The translations under genes and the position numbers were made by a program. From Candidatus Latescibacterota bacterium (GTDB lineage: Bacteria > Latescibacterota > UBA2968 > UBA8231), in assembly GCA_965204725.1 (NCBI GenBank), contig OZ242005.1:128001-192000 (forward strand): a stretch of 64,000 nt of DNA, given 5' to 3'. The notes under the pieces are model-generated. The model did no database searches and was not told where the DNA came from. It saw only the letters and a program-made list of their open reading frames with translations. Within the stretch, counting starts at the first letter, position 1, and each line of letters begins with the position of its first letter. This document shows, piece after piece, positions 36,528-44,496 of the stretch.

Positions 36528-38804
36528 TTAAAACCTGAAGTCAAAGCCGAAGGTCGGCACAATGGGCAGCATTTTGACCACGATCGGTTGCTCGGTAGCG
36601 TCTTCGGGGTCGTACTGGACAAACCATTCGTTGCGGCGGTTATACGCATTGAAAATTTGCAGGTAGAACTCAACATCCGCCCCAAACAGCCCAAACGCCC
36701 ACCGCATCCCAACATCCAAGCGGTGGTAGGGCAGCAGCCGGGCGGTGTTGCGCCGCGCCGCCAGCAGCCGGTCAATGGGGCGGTCGGAGGCGGGGTCGCG
36801 CAAGGTGTAACGGGCCGCAGGCGGCGTGTAGGCTTGGCCCGTGCCGTACGAAAAATTGGCGGTCCAAGTCCAGCGGTCCAAGCGATAGGCCGCCGTCAAC
36901 GACACGTCGTGGCGTCGGTCGTATTTGGGCGGAAAGGTCTGGCCGCCATCTATATCCGGGAACGCCCGCCGCGTCCAGCCGAGGGTGTAGCCCAGCCAGC
37001 CCGTGAGACGCCCGCCGCGCTTTTCGGCAAACAGCTCCACGCCGGTAGCATAGCCCGTGCCGCCGGTTTTGAACACGTCCTCAGAGGTCTCCGGTTCGTA
37101 GTTTTCCTCCCGCTCCTCGTCGAGGACGACGAGGTGAGCCAAGTCCGTATAGTACGTCTCGAGACTGAGCCGATAGCGGTTGGAAGGCTCCCACTCCAAA
37201 CCCGCAACCCCCTGATAGGAGCGCCCCGGCTCGACCGTCTCGTCGAGGGGAAGCCACAGATCGCCGCCGCTGAAACCCTCGGACGACACCAGTTGCAAGT
37301 ACTGCCGATAGCTCCCCCCGGCCAGCTTGACGCGCCAGCCTTCGCCGAGTACGCGACTCAGGGAAAAACGCGGGTTGAGCGACAGGTGCCCGCCTTCTTC
37401 ATAATAAGTTCCGCGCAGGCCCAGCCGGGCTTCGGTCAGCGGCGTCACCTGCCAGTCGTCTTGGAGATAGGCCGAAATTAGATAGGGCCGTACTAATTGG
37501 TCGTTCTCGTACTGATCAAAGCGCACGCCGTAGTCAAAGCGGAAGAACGTAACGCCGACCCCGGCGCGGAGCGTGTGCGCGGCCGCGGCAAAGTAGTCGA
37601 GGTCGCCCTGTACGGAGACTTCCCGCACGCGATTGCGCACCGCAATGGGCGTACCGAACAAATTGAGAGTGATGTCGCTTTGGTATCTCGAATACAGGGC
37701 CATCACGCGCCCGAAGAGGGCCGGTGAAAACACGTGCGTCCAGCGCCCGGTCAGAGCCTCGTTGCCCCAGTTATTGCCAAAGGACAAGGTGTTGGTGCTA
37801 TCGCTGCGGGCGCTGCCCGCGCTCGCGCTGATGTCGAGGTGGTCGTTGCCGCCGTACGCGCTGAGCATGAGGTTGTCGTTCGGGCCGAGCTGGGTATTGA
37901 CCTTGGCGTTGACATCGTAAAACCAGTAGCCGAGGCCATTGAGGTCGTCGGTGCTTCGCCGCACTGCCCGCAGCACGGGATCGATGTACGTGCGCCGCCC
38001 CGCGACCATCCACGAGCCTTGGCCGAGCGGCCCCTCGCTCATGAGCCGGCTGGTGATCAGGCTAACGCCGCCGCGGGTGCTAAAGTCGCGGCGGTTGCCA
38101 TCGCGGTTTTGCACATCGAGGACAGCGCTTAGGCTACCGCCGTATTGGGCCGGATAAGTGCCCTTGTACAACGTGACGTTCTTGATGGCGTCTGGATTGA
38201 AGGTGGAGAAGAAGCCAAAGGCGTGCGACGGATTGTAGAGCCGCATCTGGTCGAGCAGGATGGCAGTCTGGTCGGGGCCACCCCCGCGCACATAGAGTCC
38301 ACTGCTAAAATCCGATGCCGCTTGTACCCCCGGCAGCAGTTGCAAGCTCCGCAGCAGATCCGGCTCGGCCATGGCCGCCATCTGTTGCAAGTCTGCCACT
38401 GGCATGGCGACCACACTCGGCCGCTGGTTCACGTCGCTTTCGACCGCGGTCGCCTCGGCCTCCACGACGACCTCCCCCAGCTCTAGGGCTTGTCGATTGA
38501 GTTCAATATCCCAGCGCAGCGCTTGGCCAGCGGTCAACGCCAGCGTGTCTTGGTGGGTTGTGTAGCCAATGTAGGACGCGGTGACGACCCACGTCCCGGG
38601 CGGGATGGCCGGGATGGCGTAATAGCCCTCGCTGTTGGTCAGCGCCCCCAACTCTCGGTCTGCAACGGCGATGGCGACCGCGGCATTGGGCAAGCGCTCG
38701 CCATCGCTGCGGTCGCGGACAAACCCGCTGAGGGTGCTCGTGGTCTGCGCCCATGCCGCGGTGGGCAGGATGACCATTGCAGCCCCTGCTATCCATCGAT
38801 TCAT
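36528..38804 (-). CDS. TonB-dependent receptor with N-terminal carboxypeptidase-regulatory-like domain
   Basis: LSGFVRD..GERL, LQLLPGV, YVRGG, YGGSLSAVL, PYHRLD, C-terminal FDFRF. Confidence 0.93.
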   Translation of the reverse strand: MNRWIAGAAMVILPTAAWAQTTSTLSGFVRDRSDGERLPNAAVAIAVADRELGALTNSEGYYAIPAIPPGTWVVTASYIGYTTHQDTLALTAGQALRWDIELNRQALELGEVVVEAEATAVESDVNQRPSVVAMPVADLQQMAAMAEPDLLRSLQLLPGVQAASDFSSGLYVRGGGPDQTAILLDQMRLYNPSHAFGFFSTFNPDAIKNVTLYKGTYPAQYGGSLSAVLDVQNRDGNRRDFSTRGGVSLITSRLMSEGPLGQGSWMVAGRRTYIDPVLRAVRRSTDDLNGLGYWFYDVNAKVNTQLGPNDNLMLSAYGGNDHLDISASAGSARSDSTNTLSFGNNWGNEALTGRWTHVFSPALFGRVMALYSRYQSDITLNLFGTPIAVRNRVREVSVQGDLDYFAAAAHTLRAGVGVTFFRFDYGVRFDQYENDQLVRPYLISAYLQDDWQVTPLTEARLGLRGTYYEEGGHLSLNPRFSLSRVLGEGWRVKLAGGSYRQYLQLVSSEGFSGGDLWLPLDETVEPGRSYQGVAGLEWEPSNRYRLSLETYYTDLAHLVVLDEEREENYEPETSEDVFKTGGTGYATGVELFAEKRGGRLTGWLGYTLGWTRRAFPDIDGGQTFPPKYDRRHDVSLTAAYRLDRWTWTANFSYGTGQAYTPPAARYTLRDPASDRPIDRLLAARRNTARLLPYHRLDVGMRWAFGLFGADVEFYLQIFNAYNRRNEWFVQYDPEDATEQPIVVKMLPIVPTFGFDFRF

Positions 38805-38817
38805 GAATCACCTGCTC

Positions 38818-41493
38818 CTAGCGGATCAAGGCCATCCGTCCTGGCGCGGTAAAGTCCTCTCCAGCGGTGAGCCGGTACAAATAGACGCCGCTAGCGGCTG
38901 GCCGGCCCTCGTCGTCGCGACCGTTCCAAGGAGTGCGATAGTGCCCGGCCGGTAGCATCTCGCCGCGGTACAGGGCGCGGACGCGGCGTCCGAGCGCGTC
39001 GTACACCACCAAATGCACGGGTGCGGTCCTCGCCACGTCGAAAGCAATGGTCGTGCTGGCGTTGAATGGATTGGGCCAGTTGCCGTGCAACCGAAATGCC
39101 TCGGGCACACCGGCAGCCTGCTCAGCAATCGCCGTCTGAATGTGATTTGGAGCACCCGGCGAGGGATCGCTCACGGTCTGAAAGTCGCCCGTAATGTCGG
39201 GGACGCGGGCAAAGCTGGTTCCCTCATCGGCCTGTCCCTTTTCCCAATCAATACTAGCGACTAGGGTTCCGTCGGCCGTCCAGATGCCCAACTCTTCGTC
39301 GCGCCCGAGGGCAAACCCGGGCCATCCGTCTTTGTCTAGCTCAATCTGTAGATACGCACCCGCCTCAATGACCGTGCCGGCCGGAAAGGCCGTGCGCTTG
39401 CTGGCGTCCGTCAGATCGTCGGCCATCACAAAGTCCGCGAGATCGATCCGCTCATTTGAGGCATTGTACAGTTCAAACCAATCGAGCGGATCGCCTTGGG
39501 CGGCGACCTCGTTGATGATCAGGGCGATTTCGGCCTCGGCTTCGTCGTCTCCATCTTCTGACGCAGCGTCTCCGCCAAAGCCAAACAAGGTGCCGTAGAA
39601 TCGGCCCGCAACCCTTGCACCCGGTTCGGTGCTGGCCTCGTCAAACTCAACCCCGCCTTGGCCGATCAGGTCAAACTGCTCCGGGGGACTATCCGGGGAT
39701 GGCAACCACAAGCGGTAGCCGCTGACCGCATCCATGTCAATGGGCAAGTTGGCACCGCTCACCATGCGGTCAATCGGCAATTCCACCGCGAGGATGTCTA
39801 TGGTAGCGTCCGGCCCGAGGCTAATGATAGAGATAGACGCCCTCTCTTCAGCGTCGCGTCCTTCGCCCTCTGCTCCCACCGCGTCCTCAAATTCTCCTTG
39901 GTCAATGGCATCGTCGCCGTTGGCGTCTATGGTCAGAATTTCTTCCCACGGCGGCAGGTCTTCCACGCCGAGTGTGCGGGCCGCATCGTAGTCGGCTCGG
40001 TCAAAAACGCCATTGCCGTTGCCGTCGAGCGCACCCAAGGTTTCATCCCAGCTTTCACCTCGCTCGGCCTCGTCTTCTTCAATGCCGGCCGTGGCCCCCG
40101 AGCGCCCAAAGCGTTGCTTTTTTCCACCCAACTCGTAATCGACAAATTCGACCGTCCCTTCCCCCAGCGGATTCTCGCTGGCACTCGATCCCCAAGTCGT
40201 CTCAAAGCGCAGGTCAAAAGAGCCTATCTCCGCCCAGCAGATGTCGGCCGCAGCCAAGGGCCAAGGCCAAGCGGGCGGCTCCGGCTCGAGATCGGCCAAA
40301 ATCACCGCCCGCCGTGCGCGGATGAACCGGCGCACCCGGTCTGCGTCGCGGGCGGCAATCTCCCGCCTTTCAGGTAGGATGTGCTGCTGGACGATCGCCG
40401 CCATCTCGTCGGCGAGTTGCAATAGTTCTTCTTCGTTCCAGACCGCATCGAGCAGCTCCTTGAGGCGGCTCACATAAGCGGCTTGCATTGCGTCGTCGCG
40501 GTACAAACGGTGGGCAATGGCCCCGTGCGCCATGACCGCTGGCGGCGACTCAAAATCGTCAAAGGGGATGTCGCTCGACCCGAAGACGTCATCTGCGCCC
40601 CAAGGCATGAACACAAACGGCGCGTCCGGGGCGCGGTAGATGTAGAAGTTGTTGCGGTTGCCGGCGTATCCATCCCAGTGGCCGATGAGCACTTCGATGG
40701 CCCAGAAGGTCAGGAAGTGGTCGAGATCAACAGCCGCGGCGAGGGCTTCTAAGCCGGCCGGGGAAGGGTCTTGCAGCGCGGCGACGACCGCGTCGATGTC
40801 CGACCAGTCGGCCGCGTCCTCGTTGGTTTTCTTTTGAAAGGTGCCGCGCCATCCGGGGCGAAAATCGCTCAGGGTTCCCTCGTAGAGGTTGCCGCTTGGA
40901 TCGGAAAAATTGCGCTGCAAAAAGGCCGTTTTCATGCTCTCGACGTGGACGTACAAGCCCAAGTTTTCGCCGTTTACTGCAACGGTGGCAAAGTTGCAGC
41001 GCGGCGCGGGCAGGCCAGCGGCCGCGAAGACGCGGTACGCCATGCACGTATTGATCATCGAAGGGTCTTGCTGGACGTTGTTCAGGGTCAGGCGCTTCAT
41101 CGCGCCGCCGAGGAGTTGGCCGTCGACGAACTTGTCGAAGCGGACCTTGAGCGCGGGTTTTTCCTTACTCAGCGACCCGAGGAACCCTTTCTTGCGGACG
41201 CCGACTTGGGTGTGGGTTTCGCCATCTACCGTTACCGTCGCCTCGAACCAAGAGAACACATCGTCCGGCGGGCTATCGAGGCAGTCGGCTCCGCCGAGAA
41301 TATCCACAAGGGTCCGCGTCTGGGCGCGCAGCCGGTCCCAATCCTCGGGTGCCATCTCAATGGTCACAGCGAGGACGCGGTCGAGGGCAAAATAGGGGTC
41401 GCTAGCCCCAACCCCAAACGCTGGGCGGACAGCCCAGAGAAACGCCGCAAGCGCGATCCCTGTGGCTCTGAATAAGTTCCGGTGATTTTTCAT
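38818..41493 (-). CDS. CotH kinase + EF-hand + lamin-tail + FlgD-Ig secreted protein
   Basis: VGVRKKG, LTLNN, GNLYEG, HWDGY..NRNNF, PWGAD (CotH); DGNGNGVFDRAD and DANGDDAIDQGE (EF-hands); INEV..DWFELYN (LTD); PNPFN..WNGRD..SGVY. Confidence 0.88.
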   Translation of the reverse strand: MKNHRNLFRATGIALAAFLWAVRPAFGVGASDPYFALDRVLAVTIEMAPEDWDRLRAQTRTLVDILGGADCLDSPPDDVFSWFEATVTVDGETHTQVGVRKKGFLGSLSKEKPALKVRFDKFVDGQLLGGAMKRLTLNNVQQDPSMINTCMAYRVFAAAGLPAPRCNFATVAVNGENLGLYVHVESMKTAFLQRNFSDPSGNLYEGTLSDFRPGWRGTFQKKTNEDAADWSDIDAVVAALQDPSPAGLEALAAAVDLDHFLTFWAIEVLIGHWDGYAGNRNNFYIYRAPDAPFVFMPWGADDVFGSSDIPFDDFESPPAVMAHGAIAHRLYRDDAMQAAYVSRLKELLDAVWNEEELLQLADEMAAIVQQHILPERREIAARDADRVRRFIRARRAVILADLEPEPPAWPWPLAAADICWAEIGSFDLRFETTWGSSASENPLGEGTVEFVDYELGGKKQRFGRSGATAGIEEDEAERGESWDETLGALDGNGNGVFDRADYDAARTLGVEDLPPWEEILTIDANGDDAIDQGEFEDAVGAEGEGRDAEERASISIISLGPDATIDILAVELPIDRMVSGANLPIDMDAVSGYRLWLPSPDSPPEQFDLIGQGGVEFDEASTEPGARVAGRFYGTLFGFGGDAASEDGDDEAEAEIALIINEVAAQGDPLDWFELYNASNERIDLADFVMADDLTDASKRTAFPAGTVIEAGAYLQIELDKDGWPGFALGRDEELGIWTADGTLVASIDWEKGQADEGTSFARVPDITGDFQTVSDPSPGAPNHIQTAIAEQAAGVPEAFRLHGNWPNPFNASTTIAFDVARTAPVHLVVYDALGRRVRALYRGEMLPAGHYRTPWNGRDDEGRPAASGVYLYRLTAGEDFTAPGRMALIR

Positions 41494-41569
41494 CTGTCCT
41501 TTTCGCTTGCTTGGAGGGTGGAAAGCGCGGCTGCCCAACGATAGGGCCGCTAGCGATTTTCGGCAACGG

Positions 41570-41622
41570 CACCGCCGCCGCCTGTTTAACACCGCCGCCC
41601 GCCTGTTTTAACACCGCCGCCC
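41570..41622. repeat. Short ~21-bp tandem repeat (about 2.5 copies)
   Basis: CACCGCCGCC(C)GCCTGTTT(T)AA repeated. Confidence 0.7.
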
Positions 41623-41654
41623 CGAACCTTTTGCAGCCGCAGGAGGCTATCTAG

Positions 41655-41689
41655 CTTGTAAATTGATGATGGCATCATTAATCTACAAG
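41655..41689 (+). promoter_or_regulatory. Palindromic operator overlapping a leaderless promoter
   Basis: 17-bp arms CTTGTAAATTGATGATG / CATCATTAATCTACAAG (2 mismatches) containing TTGTAA-N17-TAATCT; the -10 ends 6 nt before ATG 41691. Confidence 0.7.
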
Positions 41690-41690
41690 G

Positions 41691-42947
41691 ATGAATTACA
41701 GAAATCGCCACTTAGAGGCCAAAATTCTTCGCTATAAAGAAATTTTTCCCGTCCTGCTGGTGACTGGTGCTCGCCAAGTCGGCAAGAGCACCCTACTCGG
41801 CCATCTGTTCGGTGCTGGCATGCCCCATATTACCTTTGATCCGGTAATTGACGTTGGCAACGCCCGTCAAGACCCGGAATTCTTCATCGCTCAGCACCCG
41901 CCCCCTATCATATTGGACGAGATTCAGTACGCGCCCGAACTGCTGGCGGTTATCAAGCGCCGCGTCGATCGCGACGACGCGCCCGGACAGTATTTTCTGA
42001 CCGGTTCTCAGAACTTAGCCCTGCTCCGCGATGCGAGCGAAAGTCTAGCTGGCCGGGTCGTCGTCCTCGATCTAGGGCCTTTGACCCTGAGCGAACGTCA
42101 AGGGTGCGGATCCCGCGCTAGCCCTCGGTGGTTAGAGTTGCTGCTACAGGCCGGTGGTGCCCTGCCGGACTTGCACGACCAAGCCCGCATCCCATCGGTC
42201 GCGCCGCTGAGGACCGCATTCGAGGTGCTGTGGAGAGGAGGCTATCCCCGGACGCTGGACCAATCGCCGGACATCATTGCCGACATCATGCAATCCTACG
42301 TGCGGACCTATGTCGAGCGCGATGTGCGCCGCCTAGCCAGCGTGCAGGACCAGCAGCAGTTCACGCGCCTGCTGAGTCTGTGCGCCGCGTTGACCGCGCA
42401 GGAGGTCAATCACAGTCAGTTCGGCCGCGAAATCGGCATTACTCCGCAGACAGCCACCCGCTGGCTGCACATCCTCAAGGCGACCTACCAGTGGCTAGAG
42501 CTACCGCCCTACCACGGCAGCGCGATCAAACGGATCAGCGGCAAACCCAAAGGCTACCTGACCGACACCGGGCTGGCCGCTTTCCTACAGAGAATTTCTT
42601 CGCCCGCGGCCCTGTCTGGCCATCCCCTGCTCGGGGCACTTTTCGAGACGCACGTGGTGCTGGATATCCACCACACCTTCCACTGCTTGGCCATGCCGCC
42701 CCAAGTCTATCACTGGCGCACCCTCTCGGGTGCAGAGGTCGATTTGCTGCTGGAGCGCGATGGGATCTTCTGGCCGGTAGAAATCAAGAGCAGTACCCGC
42801 ATCACTAGCGCCGATGCGCGGGGCATTCGAGCATTCCGGGAGACGTATCCGACCCTGCGCCACGGCCCGGGCCTTATCGTCGCCCCAGTAGAAAAGGTTT
42901 TCGAGCTGCGCGACCAAGTACTCGTCATCCCCTATGATCTGCTGTAA
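41691..42947 (+). CDS. AAA-ATPase with DUF4143 / PD-(D/E)xK C-terminus
   Basis: GARQVGKST, ILDEIQ, LTGSQ, SESLAGR, GGYP, TYVERD, EVDLL..PVEIK. Confidence 0.92.
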   Translation: MNYRNRHLEAKILRYKEIFPVLLVTGARQVGKSTLLGHLFGAGMPHITFDPVIDVGNARQDPEFFIAQHPPPIILDEIQYAPELLAVIKRRVDRDDAPGQYFLTGSQNLALLRDASESLAGRVVVLDLGPLTLSERQGCGSRASPRWLELLLQAGGALPDLHDQARIPSVAPLRTAFEVLWRGGYPRTLDQSPDIIADIMQSYVRTYVERDVRRLASVQDQQQFTRLLSLCAALTAQEVNHSQFGREIGITPQTATRWLHILKATYQWLELPPYHGSAIKRISGKPKGYLTDTGLAAFLQRISSPAALSGHPLLGALFETHVVLDIHHTFHCLAMPPQVYHWRTLSGAEVDLLLERDGIFWPVEIKSSTRITSADARGIRAFRETYPTLRHGPGLIVAPVEKVFELRDQVLVIPYDLL

Positions 42948-42949
42948 AC

Positions 42950-43275
42950 AGTAGCCGGCGATTAAGCCGATGAAGAACGGCGCGGCCCGGGAGTAGCGGT
43001 CAGCGGCTAGTCCACTGCCGCACTAGGATTTTTTGCGCGCTTCAAGGGCGCGCTCCAACGGGGGCAAATCCGTCTGCCAGACGATGAGTAAATCCAAATC
43101 GCTGTCCCATTGGCTTATGACCCGTAGCATGGGAGCCGAATAGAACGATTCACGCTTTTTGTCGCCGCCAGCGAGGGGGGTAACGGATACGGTGGTCGTG
43201 CCGCTGATTTCGCCGGCCTCAATCGTCAGGCCGCGCAAGACCGTCCCCCCATGCCTCGACACGGGGCGGCAAGCC
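42950..43275. pseudogene. Mosaic of gene fragments
   Basis: 42950-42987 matches 47715-47752; ~43025-43112 (minus strand) encodes WDSDLDLLIVWQTDLPPLERA (MNT-like); 43155-43240 matches revcomp 46861-46946; ends in a partial REP. Confidence 0.75.
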
Positions 43276-43434
43276 ATAAAAGCGTCCGGCCCGAACAACT
43301 GAAATGTTCTTGCGCTTGCGCGGGATATAGACGTGACGCGCCGCTCATTTTCACTTATCTTGCAGGTATGGCCTAAACGCTCTCAGGCCATACCCAAACA
43401 GCCCCCCGAACCCCTCACTCGAAAGGAGTGAATC

Positions 43435-43851
43435 ATGACGGAACAACCCCTCCCCCTCACTCAAACGCAAGACCGTGACCTCCGCCTTGGCCGGTTAGAA
43501 GGCCTTGCCGATCAATTCGTTGAGCAAAGCCGCGAGACCAACGTCCGCTTAGGCCGCATGGAGCAAACCATTGACGCGCAAGGCCGCGAACTGCGGCAAG
43601 AGATCGCCGAGCAAAGCCGCGAGACCAACGTCCGCTTAGGCCGCATGGAGCAAACCATTGACGAACAAGGGCGCGACCTGCGGCAAGCAATCGCCGCACA
43701 AGGAATCCGCATCGACGAACAAGGCAGCGAACTGCGGCAAGAGATTGCCGTGCAAAGTCGGCGGATTGAGGTGCTGACGCGGTGGTTGGTGGGGATGCAG
43801 GTGGCTAGCTTGGTGGCGTTGGGGACGTTGATCTTGGTGCGCTTGCCCTGA
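43435..43851 (+). CDS. Small coiled-coil protein with C-terminal TM helix (DUF1640/CCDC90-like)
   Basis: AAGGAG RBS; 87-bp tandem repeat at 43522-43695 (EQSRETNVRLGRMEQTIDxQGR); C-terminal LTRWLVGMQVASLVALGTLIL. Confidence 0.75.
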   Translation: MTEQPLPLTQTQDRDLRLGRLEGLADQFVEQSRETNVRLGRMEQTIDAQGRELRQEIAEQSRETNVRLGRMEQTIDEQGRDLRQAIAAQGIRIDEQGSELRQEIAVQSRRIEVLTRWLVGMQVASLVALGTLILVRLP

Positions 43852-43898
43852 TCGAGCCGCCCCCCCCTACGTCGCCAGCGACGCGACCACAGCCTTCC

Positions 43899-44307
43899 TG
43901 TCATACTGAGCGTAGCGAAGTATCTCATACCCAACACTCCATACAGAACATCCCTTATAACGGCCTCGAAAGCATGTAAAGATGCTTCGGCTGCGCTGCG
44001 CTGCGCTCAGCAGGACACACAGGCGGCCTTTGCGTGAGGGCTTTTTTCGGCATATTTTAGTGTTTTATGAATGAGCAGGGACGAATCAGGAAGATGGTAA
44101 ATCAACTGAATTATGAGAGGATGTTGGCGGCGGGCCAGCCGACCGCGATGAACGCATCCTGCTTACAACATCAAGACTTAACGATTTGTCGTAACTCATT
44201 GAAAGACAAGCACTTACCCCCCCCCCCCCCCCCCCCCCCCCCACGACACCAGCGACGCGGCCACAGGCTTCCTGCTCCCTGTCATACTGAGCGCAGCGAA
44301 GTATCTC
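43899..44307. repeat. Cluster of TGTCATACTGAGCG(T/C)AGCGAAGTATCTC REP-like elements
   Basis: Direct copies at 43899-43926 and 44280-44307, inverted degenerate copy at 43981-44017; both direct copies preceded by a C-run and CCAGCGACGCG.CCACAG. Confidence 0.8.
44217..44242. repeat. Poly-C tract (26 nt)
   Basis: Direct count of the homopolymer. Confidence 0.9.
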
Positions 44308-44496
44308 ATACCTCCCCCCCTTTGTGCCCTTTGTGCATTTTGTGGCTCTTTATGCCTTTTCTGCCTATCTTTCGGCCTTTCCCGCACGTTCATAAAAGGA
44401 AACGCAACTTATGCTTGCGAAAATACCCTTTTTAAGCATTTTTGAATGACCTAAACAATGTCTCTATCTAATTTGCATTCCACAGGAGGTTGAACG

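Noticed and set aside
36345-37481. 378-aa antisense ORF
   Set aside because: Shadow of the TonB-dependent receptor gene
43023-43298. 91-aa ORF as a real gene
   Set aside because: It is a chimera of REP, adhesin and MNT-like fragments
44067-44435. Polyproline-containing 122-aa ORF
   Set aside because: Prolines come from the C26 tract and the rest from REP and AT-rich promoter DNA
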